Source: Acidobacteriota bacterium
GTDB taxonomy: Bacteria > Acidobacteriota > Thermoanaerobaculia > Gp7-AA8
DNA length: 64,000 bases
Direction: 5' to 3'
Assembly: GCA_021781455.1 (NCBI GenBank)
Contig: JAJXWV010000047.1
Span: 158,120 to 222,119 of the forward strand
Position numbers and translations under genes: made by a program. A model generated the notes under the pieces. That model was not told where the DNA came from. It did no database searches and saw only the letters and a list, made by a program, of their open reading frames with translations. Positions 21,128-30,528 of the stretch are shown here, one piece after another; positions within the stretch are counted from its first letter, which is position 1; each line of letters begins with the position of its first letter.

Positions 21128-22138
21128 GTGGCCGCGCTGTCGTTCGCCTGCGAAGGACGGCGTGCGGCGCAGACCATCGTCGTCCGACCGCCGCAGGAAG
21201 AGGACTTCACCACGGGCGAGTCGCCCAGCCTGCAGTTTCTTCCGCGTCAGGAGGAAGCGCCGGGCTGGCGGCTCGAGTCCGATCCGGTCGTCGTGCCCGG
21301 GAACAAGCTGGCCAGCTACCTCGACGGCGAGGCCTCGATCTTCATCAGCTACGGCGCCGTCGATCTCGCAGCCGGCAATTACCTGACCACCGGCGGCAAT
21401 GGATTCGCGACGGTGGAGATCTTCCGCTTCCCCGATTTCGTGAAGGCCTTCGGCGCGTACTCGGTCCACAAGAAAGGGCCGCGTCAGTTCATCAACATCG
21501 AGAACGAGGCCTTCGCCTCAAAGAACTCGATCCAGCTCTGGCGCGGGCCGTTCTACGTTCGCATCGTGGGCAGCGGCGGCACCGAGGGTCCCGCCGCCAT
21601 GCAACGGCTGCTCACCGCTGTCATCGCTCACATGCCTGCCGCGCCGGCCCGGCCCGCCGTGTTCAACTTCCTTCCCACGGCCGACCGTGTTCCCAACAGC
21701 GAGCGCTATTCGGTCGACTCCGGCTTCGGCCAGCCGTTCCTCGGCAACTCGTTCCAGGCCGATTTCACGACAGCGAACGGGCCGGTGACGGGCCTCGTCA
21801 TTCCGGCAGCCGACAAGAACGCGGCCGCGGCCATGCTGGCCGCGTACCGCATGCTCTACGTCCGCAATGGCAAGCTCCTCGACCCGATCCCGAACCTCGG
21901 TGAGGAAAACTTCAGCGCCGAGGACAAGTTCCTGGGGCGCGCGGTGGCGTTCCGGATCGATCGCTTTCTGATCGCCTTCAACGGCTACACGGACCGCCAG
22001 ACCATCGTGAATCTCGCCGACGCGACCGACCAGCGCATCCTCGGCACGATCCGTAAGCAGCTGGTCACCACCGACAACATCGACAACAGCGCCGCGGCGA
22101 GCGGCAATTTGCCCGGTTGGGCGCAGAGGAAGCCGTAG
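21128..22138 (+). CDS. Probable lipoprotein, DUF6599-like (start uncertain, may overlap the pepA stop)
   Basis: LSFAC lipobox; L..YLDG.A..F..YG...VEIF.F....AFG.YS...WRGPFYVRI pattern. Confidence 0.65.
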   Translation: MAALSFACEGRRAAQTIVVRPPQEEDFTTGESPSLQFLPRQEEAPGWRLESDPVVVPGNKLASYLDGEASIFISYGAVDLAAGNYLTTGGNGFATVEIFRFPDFVKAFGAYSVHKKGPRQFINIENEAFASKNSIQLWRGPFYVRIVGSGGTEGPAAMQRLLTAVIAHMPAAPARPAVFNFLPTADRVPNSERYSVDSGFGQPFLGNSFQADFTTANGPVTGLVIPAADKNAAAAMLAAYRMLYVRNGKLLDPIPNLGEENFSAEDKFLGRAVAFRIDRFLIAFNGYTDRQTIVNLADATDQRILGTIRKQLVTTDNIDNSAAASGNLPGWAQRKP

Positions 22139-22148
22139 CGAAGAATCC

Positions 22149-22432
22149 GGCGTGCCGGCATCCTGCCGCCTCTCCCCGTGTAGGCCCCGTGTAGGACAGG
22201 CTTTCGAGCCTGTCCTCCTGAGGACGGGCTGGAAAGCCCGTCCCACACCAAGCACCCCATCACGGAATCGCGAAGGCGACTTTCGCGAACCCCAGCGCTT
22301 GTCATTCCGAGCGTTAGCGAGGAATGACAAGATCGCTCTTCGATTTTTGTCTCATTGGGGTTGAGGGAAATTTGTCTGCAGTCGCCCCCGGGCAGGATGC
22401 CCGGCGGCAGGCCGGCTGGAAGCCGGCACCCC
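22149..22432. repeat. Mosaic of REP-like elements (families E, B and A2)
   Basis: GTAGGACAGGCTTTCGAGCCTGTCC...GGACGGGCTGGAAAGCCCGTCCCACAC (22189-22248); TGTCATTCCGAGCGTTAGCGAGGAATGACA (22300-22329); GCCGGCTGGAAGCCGGC (22411-22427). Confidence 0.78.
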
Positions 22433-22914
22433 TAGGCCCGCTCCCACAACCCGCTCTTCCCACCCGACTTCCGCACGAGCTGCAGGCCGTCGATGGTGAT
22501 CCCCTTCTCGGCGCTCTTGCACATGTCGTAGATGGTCAGCGAGGCCACGGCGCAGGCGGTCATCGCTTCCATCTCCACGCCGGTCTTCCCTTCGCAGCGG
22601 ACGATGGAGCGCACCTCGATCGTTCCCGCCTTCTGGTCGATGTCGAATGTGATGTCGATGGAGTCGACGGCGATGGGATGGGAGAGAGGAATCAGAAAGG
22701 GTGTCTGCTTGGCCGCGAGGACGCCGGCTACCTTCGCGGTCGTCAGGACGTCGCCTTTCGGTAACGCCTGAGCGACGAGCCTGGACAGCGTTTTCGGCGA
22801 CATGCGCACGGTCGCGGCGGCGACGGCCTCGCGCACCGTGGGTCGTTTGGCTCCGACGTCGACCATGGAGATGCCGCCGGTCTCATCGAGGTGCGAGAAG
22901 TCCTTGCTGGTCAT
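22432..22914 (-). CDS. moaC: Cyclic pyranopterin monophosphate synthase
   Basis: SHLDE.G...MVDV, KGDVL, LIPLSH, KTGVEMEA, YDMCK and KSGGKSG motifs. Confidence 0.95.
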   Translation of the reverse strand: MTSKDFSHLDETGGISMVDVGAKRPTVREAVAAATVRMSPKTLSRLVAQALPKGDVLTTAKVAGVLAAKQTPFLIPLSHPIAVDSIDITFDIDQKAGTIEVRSIVRCEGKTGVEMEAMTACAVASLTIYDMCKSAEKGITIDGLQLVRKSGGKSGLWERA

Positions 22915-23479
22915 AGAGCCGTCTTGCCTCCTCGAGCTCTTCCGGCGTGTTGACGTTCATCAGCGGCTCGCCCGGGAAGCGTGCCCGCAGCGTCTCTTCG
23001 GGAATCGATTCGGCGTCCACGAAGACGCCGTGCAGGTCGAAGCGCTTCGCGGCGAGCTGCTCGTCGATGCGGGCCAGCAGCTGCGGCGAGCAGCCGGAGC
23101 AGAGGATCTGCCGCCGCCCGTTCCACACCGGCACGAGGGCCGGCGCGCTCGTTTCTTCGAAGCGGCGGCGCAGGTCGCGAAGCAGCTCGGCAGTCATCAG
23201 CGGGTAATCGACGGCGATCACGAAGCATCGATCCTGCGCGTGCTGCAGTGCGCGCTGGACGCCGAAGAGCGGCGCCTCGAGCTCGTGCTGCATCTCCAGG
23301 ATCGTCTCGATGCCGCGGAGCGGCGCGCCGTCCGACCTCTGCACTGCGATGACCCGCTCGAACGCCTGACGCGCCGTTGCCTCCATGCGCCCGAGGAAAC
23401 TCGTTCCCGCGAACGGGAGGTCGACTTTCGAGGTTCCCATTCGACGCGACCGGCCGCCGGCGAGCACGTAACAGTTCAT
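22883..23479 (-). CDS. mobA: Molybdenum cofactor guanylyltransferase
   Basis: VLAGGRSRRMG..K, AVDYP and NVNTPEEL motifs; adjacent to moaC. Confidence 0.88.
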   Translation of the reverse strand: MNCYVLAGGRSRRMGTSKVDLPFAGTSFLGRMEATARQAFERVIAVQRSDGAPLRGIETILEMQHELEAPLFGVQRALQHAQDRCFVIAVDYPLMTAELLRDLRRRFEETSAPALVPVWNGRRQILCSGCSPQLLARIDEQLAAKRFDLHGVFVDAESIPEETLRARFPGEPLMNVNTPEELEEARRLYDQQGLLAPR

Positions 23480-23505
23480 GCGAAACGGTAGGTTACCATC
23501 GGGCG

Positions 23506-24183
23506 ATGGCCGGGACCGTGTCGGTCGTAATCCCCACTCTCGACGAGGAGGCACAGATCGCTGCGACCGTCGATTCGGCGTTCGCGGCGGGCGCGGCCGA
23601 GGTCTTCGTATGCGACGGCGGGAGCAGCGACCGGACCGTCGAGATCGCACGCGGGCACGGCGCAACCGTGATCACCGGCGAAACGATGCGGGCGCGGCAG
23701 GCGAACCGCGGAGCGGAAGCGGCGCGCAGCGAGGCGCTGATCTTCCTGCACGCCGACACCGAATTGCCGGCTGGGGCCGCTGCACTCGTCACCGGCGCGC
23801 TGGAGCGCTGGCACTTCGGCGGATTTCGGCTGGCATTCCGAGAACGTTCTGCGCGTCTTCGCGTCGCCGCGGCGATGATCAATTTGCGCACGGCCATCAC
23901 GCATTGTCCGTGGGGCGACCAGGCGCAGTTCGTCCGTCGCGACGAACTCCTCGCCGGCGGAGGATTTCGCGAGATCGCGATCATGGAGGACTACGAGCTG
24001 GCGGTGCGGATGAAGGGCCGCGGCCCGACCGGCGTTCTTCCGCAGAAGGTCATCACCTCGGGACGCCGCTTCCTCGAGAGGGGTGTCCTGCGCACGGCCT
24101 TCACGAACTGGCGGATCGTGAGCGCGTGGCGGTTCGGCGCGGATCCGGAGTCGCTGGCGCGGATGTACCGGCGAGAGAGGTAA
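23506..24183 (+). CDS. GT2 glycosyltransferase, TIGR04283-like
   Basis: SVVIPTLDE, DGGSSD, RARQAN.GA, FLHADT, GDQAQF, MED and TSGRRF motifs. Confidence 0.88.
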   Translation: MAGTVSVVIPTLDEEAQIAATVDSAFAAGAAEVFVCDGGSSDRTVEIARGHGATVITGETMRARQANRGAEAARSEALIFLHADTELPAGAAALVTGALERWHFGGFRLAFRERSARLRVAAAMINLRTAITHCPWGDQAQFVRRDELLAGGGFREIAIMEDYELAVRMKGRGPTGVLPQKVITSGRRFLERGVLRTAFTNWRIVSAWRFGADPESLARMYRRER

Positions 24184-24235
24184 AGGCGCGGTGATTGCGG
24201 GGAATCCTTCGCCGTCCTTCGCCGCGCTCCAGCGG

Positions 24236-24455
24236 CTTCCAAGAAACTCCCAGCGTCATGCGGGCTTTGGCGTTCGTTACCCTTCTCCCCGCCGCAGCGG
24301 GGAGAAGGTGCCGAAGGCGGATGAGGGGGGCTTCTTTTGAACGAGAAGGAGACCCCTCACCCCGGCCCTCTCCCCGCTGCGGCGGGGAGAGGGGGAACTC
24401 AAACGTTTCTTTCGTCCGGTGTCGCGCCTCCGCGATTCGAGTGCTCAGGATGACA
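24236..24455 (+). repeat. Composite ~220-bp element (family C core with family A-type end), copy 1
   Basis: Colinear with 62822-63058, including non-palindromic flanks GCTTCCAAGAAACT...GCGATTCGAGTGCTC.GGATGACA. Confidence 0.88.
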
Positions 24456-24516
24456 CGCGAGACTCTTCGCCGCGCGACCGCGGAACCGCGCAACCTCGTG
24501 ACCCGGCAACCCTCGA

Positions 24517-25026
24517 CTACCTCCGCTTCCTCGGCGCCGTCTTCTTCCGCTGCGGCGCCCCGACCTCGGAGCTCTTCCGGGCGTGGCGGGCATGGCCTAA
24601 CGTGACGTTGATCGGGTTGGAGCGGTCGAGGAACGGCACCGCAGGGCGGGCGCGGACGCCCAGTTCCCGGCGGGCAGCCAGGAGTATTTCGCTCTCGGGG
24701 GCGACCTTCAGGCCGGCGTCAGCGACTTCCACGGCCTTCTTCCGGTTTCCTGCCGCTGCGTAGACGCGGGCCAGGTTCGCGTAGTGGTCGCCGTTATAGA
24801 ACTCGAGATCGATGGCGCGCTTGCAGAGATCGATGGCCGACTTGTATTGCTTCTGCACGAGCGCCACGCACAGGCCGAAGTACGACAGGCCGTTGGCCGC
24901 TTTCGGCGTATCGAGCGGCGGCCCGTCCTCGGTGCCGTAGAGCTCGATGAACATGTTGTAAGCACGCAGGAAGTCCTCCTCCTGCGCTGTCACGATGGCA
25001 ACGTCGATATCCTTGAGTCGACCCAT
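24517..25026 (-). CDS. TPR-repeat protein
   Basis: AIDLCKRAIDLE...HYANLARVY...A....AGL...P TPR pattern; basic C-terminal tail. Confidence 0.75.
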   Translation of the reverse strand: MGRLKDIDVAIVTAQEEDFLRAYNMFIELYGTEDGPPLDTPKAANGLSYFGLCVALVQKQYKSAIDLCKRAIDLEFYNGDHYANLARVYAAAGNRKKAVEVADAGLKVAPESEILLAARRELGVRARPAVPFLDRSNPINVTLGHARHARKSSEVGAPQRKKTAPRKRR

Positions 25027-25737
25027 TCACAGGAGCTCGCGCGATCGGAGCCTCTCTACGTACTGCTCGATGCGCTGGCGCTCATCCTCCGTGGTGCTGA
25101 CGAATTGCAGTCCATAGCGGGCCATCGTGCCGCTGAACTCGGCGCGAAGAACGTGGGCCTCGAGCTCCAGCGGCTTGGGATCGCCGGGAAGGTAGAAATG
25201 AAGACGCACGTCGCTCTCGGCGGGCAAAACGCGATCCACCTCGAGGAGCATGCCGTTTGCGGAGATGTTCATGCTGCGGCCGAGGACGAAGCGGCCGTTC
25301 TTCTCCATGGAGACGTCGATCTTCGTGATCGTGCGCAGCTGGCGGCGCACCGGGATGGTGGTCAGCTTCTGCACCTTGAGATCGAGCTCGCGGCGCTGGA
25401 TGGGGCGGTAGATGACGTCGTTGCAGCCGGCAGCGATGCAGAGGTCGGCCTGTTCGGGGCTGATCTTGTCGGCGACCAGAAGCAGCGACGCCATCTTCGT
25501 CACGGGCTGGGAGCGGATCTCGCGGCAGAACTCAGGTCCGGCCATGTCGAAGAGGTCGTATCCGAAGACGATCAGGTGGGGCTTCTCCTCGCGGGCGCGC
25601 TCCAGTCCCTCACTGCCGCCGAGGGCAGTGATGATGACGCTCTCCCGCCGCCGCAGGATGGTCTCGTGGAAGAGCAGCGCTCCGCGGGAGCGGTCGACCA
25701 GGAGAATGCGTCCGGGCTCTCGTTTCCTGGAGGTCAT
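25027..25737 (-). CDS. Atypical receiver domain fused to PilZ domain
   Basis: REC-like N-terminus; PilZ motifs RRQLR and NISANG. Confidence 0.82.
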   Translation of the reverse strand: MTSRKREPGRILLVDRSRGALLFHETILRRRESVIITALGGSEGLERAREEKPHLIVFGYDLFDMAGPEFCREIRSQPVTKMASLLLVADKISPEQADLCIAAGCNDVIYRPIQRRELDLKVQKLTTIPVRRQLRTITKIDVSMEKNGRFVLGRSMNISANGMLLEVDRVLPAESDVRLHFYLPGDPKPLELEAHVLRAEFSGTMARYGLQFVSTTEDERQRIEQYVERLRSRELL

Positions 25738-26879
25738 GCCGCCGAAATCTCGCGCAACCGCGCCACCACCCGTTTCGCGTCATCCACGAACATCGCCACT
25801 TCCTCCCCCCTGTTCGATTTGCCGAGCCCGATGCGGATCGACCCCATGGCCAGAGCTTCCGGAACCCCGATCGCCGTGAGCACCGGGGACGGTCCGTGCT
25901 GACCCGAGCTGCAGGCCGACCCCGAGGACAGCGAAAAACGGCGCATGGCGACGATCAACGAGTCGGCTTCGACGCGTTCGAAACTGACGTTCAGGTTGCC
26001 AGGCAATCTTAAACCTCTGGGCCCATTGACGGAAACGCCTTCGATGCCGGAGACCAGCCGGTCCCGGAGCTCGTTCCGCAGCGCCGTCAGCCGTGGCGCC
26101 TCGTCGCCCATCTCCAGTGCCCGCAGCTGCAGCGCTGCCGCCATTCCCACGACGCCCGGCACGTTGACCGTCCCCGAGCGGACGTTCTTCTCCTGTCCGC
26201 CGCCGACGATCACCGGGGGCACTTTGATTCCCCTCCGTACGAAAAGCCCTCCGATCCCCTTCGGCCCGTAGAACTTGTGGCCGGAGAACGAGGCCAGGTC
26301 GAGACTCGCGAAATCGAGCGGAACCTTCCCCGCCGCCTGCGTGATGTCGGAGTGAAAGAGGACTTTCCGCTCGCGGCAGACGGCCGCAAGCTCCGGGAGC
26401 GGCTGGAGGGTTCCGATCTCGCCGTTTGCCGCTTCGATCGATACCAGCCGCGTGTTAGGGCGGAGAGCATCGCGCAGCCGGCCGGCGTCGATGAAGCCTT
26501 CGCTGTCGGGCCGGAGGACGGTCAGCTCGACGCCTTGCGATTCCAGACGCCAGGCTGGCGCGAGGATGGAGCGATGCTCGACCGCCGTAGTGATCAGATG
26601 CTCGCCAGGCTGCACGAGGTTCAGGGCGATGTTGTTCGATTCCGTGGCACCCGCCGTGAAGTAGATCTCGTTCGGCTGCACGGCGAAGAAGCGGGCCATG
26701 GCGATGCGGGCATCCTCGACCGCGTTGGCGGCCTTGCGGCCCTGCACATGCGTCAGCGAGGCGGCATTGCCGAAGTGCTCGGTGAAGTACGGGAGCATCT
26801 TCTCGACCACCCGCGGATCGCACGGCGTGGTGGCGTGATGGTCGAAATAGATCGGATCGGCCGGCACCGTGGAAATCAT
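25734..26879 (-). CDS. iscS: Cysteine desulfurase
   Basis: IYFDHHATTP, GATESNN, SGHKFYGPKG, RSGT.NVPG and SSGSACSS motifs; start trimmed to ATG 26879. Confidence 0.92.
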   Translation of the reverse strand: MISTVPADPIYFDHHATTPCDPRVVEKMLPYFTEHFGNAASLTHVQGRKAANAVEDARIAMARFFAVQPNEIYFTAGATESNNIALNLVQPGEHLITTAVEHRSILAPAWRLESQGVELTVLRPDSEGFIDAGRLRDALRPNTRLVSIEAANGEIGTLQPLPELAAVCRERKVLFHSDITQAAGKVPLDFASLDLASFSGHKFYGPKGIGGLFVRRGIKVPPVIVGGGQEKNVRSGTVNVPGVVGMAAALQLRALEMGDEAPRLTALRNELRDRLVSGIEGVSVNGPRGLRLPGNLNVSFERVEADSLIVAMRRFSLSSGSACSSGQHGPSPVLTAIGVPEALAMGSIRIGLGKSNRGEEVAMFVDDAKRVVARLREISAA

Positions 26880-26888
26880 ACGCGACCC

Positions 26889-27140
26889 CGTCATCCTGAG
26901 CCGGCCGTGTGGGGCAGGCTTTCCAGCCTGCCCTCCTTGGCGGGCAGGCCCGACCCACACGAGTGGGTGGCCGGAGCGGTGGAGCGCGGCGAAGGATCTC
27001 TTACCGGGACGATTGCTGGTCCGAGCGGAATCGCGTGTAACAGCAGGCTCACCGCGATCGTGCAATCTGGAGACTCTTCGCCGCGCTTCGCCGCTCCACC
27101 CACCCAACCTTCCAGCGGCTCCGCCGGCTCAGAGTGACGG
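26889..27140 (+). repeat. Family A element with a family B REP doublet nested at 26907-26960
   Basis: CGTCATCCTGAGCCGG...CCGGCTCAGAGTGACGG ends; its loop shares CAGCAGGCTCACCGCGATCGTGCAATCTGG with the 11528 copy. Confidence 0.9.
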
Positions 27141-27146
27141 ACAGGC

Positions 27147-28469
27147 CTAACTCTTCCGGCGCCGGCGCCTCTTCTTCGGTTCGGGCGCAGCCTCGTCGGC
27201 GCTGCGGTGGACGCGGTTGGCGAACGACTGCCACTGCCGGAACTGTTCGACGTAGCGGCCCGAGGAGAGGGCGTACAGCTCCAGCAGAGCCAGGGCGTCG
27301 TTGAACGGATCGCGGTAGATGAAGCGGAACATGGCGCGCTTCTCGGTGGGCGGCTCGAGCAGGCGCCACAGGGTCTCCACGGTCTGTTCGATCTGATGGC
27401 GCGTGCCTGCGGCGAGGGCCATGCGTGCGCAGAGCGGCTGGATCAGCTCGCGGATGAAGACGATCACCTCGCCGATGCGCATGCGCCCTTCGCGGCGGTG
27501 CTCCTCGCGCTCGAGCTCGGCGACGATCCACGGCAGGAAGAGCACCGAGAGCAGCACGGCGTCGGAGATCTTTCGTCCTGCCTGCACGGTGCGGTCGAGG
27601 ACGTCGAGCATCTTCCAGAAGTAAGGAGCGCGATCGTCGGAGATGGAGTGGTAGACCTCGGGCAGGAGCGGCTCGAGAAGGCCGGCGTCAACGGCCAGCT
27701 GGATCGCTCCGCGCGACCAGGCGCGCCGCAGCAGCTCCAGGATCTCCTCGGAGACCCTGGGGGGCGAGGCCTTCAGGATCTCGTTCCGATGCCGGACGAT
27801 GCCCTCGTAGGTGGCCGGCTCGATCTCGAAGCCCAGGCGCGAGGCGAACTCGATGGCGCGCATCATGCGCACCGGGTCCTCGCGGAAGCGGACGTCGGGA
27901 TCGCCGATGACGCGGATGCGTTTGGCGGCCATGTCCTCGAGTCCGCCGACGTAGTCGATCACCGAAAAATCAGCGATGTTGTAGAAGAGGGCGTTGATCG
28001 TGAAGTCGCGGCGCCGGGCGTCCTGCAGCGGCGAACCGAAGGTGTTGTCGTCGGTGATGAGTAGGTCCTCGGCGTCGTCGGCTCGTTCCGGCTCCCGGCG
28101 AAAGGTCGAGACCTCCACCACCTGGTCCTGAAAGATGACGTGCACGAGGCGGAAGCGGCGGCCGATGATGCGGCTGTTGCGGAACAGCCGTCGCACTTCC
28201 GCCGGATGGGCGTCGGTGGCGATGTCGAAATCCTTCGGCGTGCGGCCGGCGAGCAGGTCGCGGACGCTGCCGCCGCAGAGGTAGGCCCGATAACCGCTGC
28301 GGTGAAGGCGATACAGGACCTTCAGAACATTTTCGGGGATCTTGCGCCGCGAGATCGGGTGCGCGCTGCGGTCGATGATGATGCCCTCGGCCGGCGCGGC
28401 GTCCGGGTCGTGGTCGTGCTGTGGTTCGCCGGCTGTGGGGTCGGCCTGAGGGTGTGGCTGATCGGTCAT
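27147..28469 (-). CDS. pcnB: Poly(A) polymerase I
   Basis: GGSVRD, KDFD, the PAP signature IIGRRFRLVHV, RRDFTINAL and EDPVRMMRA. Confidence 0.92.
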   Translation of the reverse strand: MTDQPHPQADPTAGEPQHDHDPDAAPAEGIIIDRSAHPISRRKIPENVLKVLYRLHRSGYRAYLCGGSVRDLLAGRTPKDFDIATDAHPAEVRRLFRNSRIIGRRFRLVHVIFQDQVVEVSTFRREPERADDAEDLLITDDNTFGSPLQDARRRDFTINALFYNIADFSVIDYVGGLEDMAAKRIRVIGDPDVRFREDPVRMMRAIEFASRLGFEIEPATYEGIVRHRNEILKASPPRVSEEILELLRRAWSRGAIQLAVDAGLLEPLLPEVYHSISDDRAPYFWKMLDVLDRTVQAGRKISDAVLLSVLFLPWIVAELEREEHRREGRMRIGEVIVFIRELIQPLCARMALAAGTRHQIEQTVETLWRLLEPPTEKRAMFRFIYRDPFNDALALLELYALSSGRYVEQFRQWQSFANRVHRSADEAAPEPKKRRRRRKS

Positions 28470-29239
28470 GGACTGAAGGATTCGGCTCCGGTGTCGGTGT
28501 CCGCGGGTTCCGCGTGGTAGTGGTACTTGCTGTCGACGATGAAGAACGTGCGGTCCCACCGAGTGCGTGTGAAAAAGTGAATGAAGACGCTGGCCAGCTC
28601 CTTGACTCGGTCGGAGGCCGGCGCGTCGGGCGGGGGTGGCGTTCCCCGGAACGACCAGTAGACCATGAAGGCGCGGCCCTTGATCATCGACCGTGGCACG
28701 GTCCCCCAGTATCGCGAGTCGCTGGAGCGGTCGCGGTTGTCGCCCATGGCGAAGTATTGCCCCTCCGGCACCGTGTAGGGACCGTACTGGTCGCGCGACC
28801 GATACGGCTCTGGAAGGGTGGGCTGAGGCGGGAAAATCGTCGGATCCTCGTGAATCACGTACGGCTCGGAGAGCGGCTTCCCGTCGATGAAGACCTTCTT
28901 GTACCGGATCTCGATGGTGTCGCCCGGCATGCCGATGACGCGCTTGACGAAGTCGGTATCCGGCTGGAGCGGGTAACGGAAAACGATGATGTCGCCGCGC
29001 CGGACAGGCCGCAGCGGCAGCAGCTTCGCCAGGAAGGCATTCGGCTCGGGGCCGTAAATGAATTTGTTGACGATGATGTGATCGCCGACTTTGAGGTTGT
29101 CCTCCATCGATCCCGTCGGGATCTTGAAGGCCTGAAAGACGAAGATTCGGGCGAAATTGACGAAGATGACGGCGATCAGAAGCGCTTCGTAGTATTCGCG
29201 GATCGTCGACTTCTTCTGGGAATCATCGGTGGCTGCCAT
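28466..29239 (-). CDS. lepB: Signal peptidase I
   Basis: IPTGSME, FVKRVIG.PGD and MGDNRDRSSDSRYWG motifs. Confidence 0.95.
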   Translation of the reverse strand: MAATDDSQKKSTIREYYEALLIAVIFVNFARIFVFQAFKIPTGSMEDNLKVGDHIIVNKFIYGPEPNAFLAKLLPLRPVRRGDIIVFRYPLQPDTDFVKRVIGMPGDTIEIRYKKVFIDGKPLSEPYVIHEDPTIFPPQPTLPEPYRSRDQYGPYTVPEGQYFAMGDNRDRSSDSRYWGTVPRSMIKGRAFMVYWSFRGTPPPPDAPASDRVKELASVFIHFFTRTRWDRTFFIVDSKYHYHAEPADTDTGAESFSP

Positions 29240-30392
29240 TCTCTGGCGGGTGTCCCTTCAACTGATGTGCGATCCAGGCGGCGCCGAAGGATTGTACTAG
29301 AGCGGGGGCAACAGCCACGATGTTCCGCCGGGTCCGGTAGAAACCGGGGGGGACGGACGCGTCGGCGACGATCCAGATTGCGGAGTGCGGACGTCCTCGT
29401 CCGCTTGCGCCGGACGTCAGCCCCGGCGCTGACAAATCGGCGGGACGAGGGCGTCCCGCCGCGGCGGACGAGGACGTCCGCACTCCGACGACGAAGACAC
29501 GCCCGGTGTCGATCCATGGCACCGCACTGACAGCCTTCCAGAACGCCTGGTCGGGATCGTGGTCGATGACGGCACAAACGACACGCGCAGCACTTTCCAG
29601 GCGTCCGCGAGCATCGTTCCACTCGTTCCACCCTTCAGCGCGCCAGACGACCAGCGGCAGTTTCTCGCCGTAGCGCATGAGAGTCGGTCGCAGGAGCAGC
29701 GATCCGCCGAGTGGATCGGCCGAGACGTCGAGGCGGACTGACGGCGCTGCCGTAACCTTTCGCTGCCGGCCGGAGTACGTCATCACCTCGACCCGGTCCG
29801 ATGCGTCGACGGAGCTCCACGAGACGGCATACTGCTCCGCCTTCGGCTCCCACGCCAGATCTTCGACGCGACCGTACGGAAATTCGTTCGTCAGCTGCAT
29901 CGATGTGGGGATGTGCACCGTGCGCACGAGGTCTCCGCCGCGAGCGCGAATGATGAAGCTGATCTTGTTTCCCCGCGGCGCGTACTGGACGCCCACTTCA
30001 TCGGCGGGATCTTCCGGAACCCAGCTCACTTTGCTGCCTTCGAGCGAGACCAGCCCGATGTCGAAGTTGTCCTTCCGCTTTGCCGAGAACGCCACTTCGC
30101 GACGATCCATCGAGACGTCGAAGGAGTCGATATCCGCGTACTCCGGCGTGAGGTCGCGATCGCCGTCGACGAGCTTCGCCCCGGCCGCCGACCGCACGAT
30201 GCGCACTCCGCTCTCGACCGGCACCCGCGGCGTGAACAGCAGCACCCCTCCCGCGCCGTAGGACAGTTGCGGATATTGCGCACTCTGCGCGGCGGCGAGC
30301 CACTGCGGCGGGATCGGCTCATCGGAGGGAGGTTGCGGCGCGGAGGCACACGCCGCCAGCAACACCATCGAGAGCACCGTCAGCAGCCGCAT
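29223..30392 (-). CDS. Lipoprotein with TolB/beta-propeller-like segment and an in-frame palindromic insertion
   Basis: LLAAC lipobox; VS.D...VAFS, P.GNKISF and AW.P repeats. Confidence 0.7.
   Translation of the reverse strand: MRLLTVLSMVLLAACASAPQPPSDEPIPPQWLAAAQSAQYPQLSYGAGGVLLFTPRVPVESGVRIVRSAAGAKLVDGDRDLTPEYADIDSFDVSMDRREVAFSAKRKDNFDIGLVSLEGSKVSWVPEDPADEVGVQYAPRGNKISFIIRARGGDLVRTVHIPTSMQLTNEFPYGRVEDLAWEPKAEQYAVSWSSVDASDRVEVMTYSGRQRKVTAAPSVRLDVSADPLGGSLLLRPTLMRYGEKLPLVVWRAEGWNEWNDARGRLESAARVVCAVIDHDPDQAFWKAVSAVPWIDTGRVFVVGVRTSSSAAAGRPRPADLSAPGLTSGASGRGRPHSAIWIVADASVPPGFYRTRRNIVAVAPALVQSFGAAWIAHQLKGHPPENGSHR
29382..29486. repeat. 105-bp palindromic element inside a CDS
   Basis: Perfect 23-bp terminal inverted repeat GGAGTGCGGACGTCCTCGTCCGC / GCGGACGAGGACGTCCGCACTCC. 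Confidence 0.9.
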
Positions 30393-30436
30393 TCGAATGC
30401 CATTCTAAGAAACTCCGAGGTCCAAGCGGGGCCTGC

Positions 30437-30493
30437 CGTTCGTTGCCCTTCTCCCCGCCGCAGCGGGGAGAAGGTGCCGAAGGCGGATGAGGG
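30437..30493. repeat. Family C half element
   Basis: CGTTCGTTGCCCTTCTCCCCGCCGCAGCGGGGAGAAGGTGCCGAAGGCGGATGAGGG, nearly identical to 24271 and 62859. Confidence 0.85.
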
Positions 30494-30528
30494 TGCCTTG
30501 CAGTCCCACCTTTCGATCGAACGTTCGA

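Noticed and set aside
26880-27107. Long N-terminal extensions on iscS, the M13 peptidase, the rSAM at 18322, PIG-L, batA, rsmA and the transglutaminase
   Set aside because: The ORF caller read through stop-free repeats or upstream genes; better starts with family-typical N-termini exist downstream. These are not counted as coding insertions.
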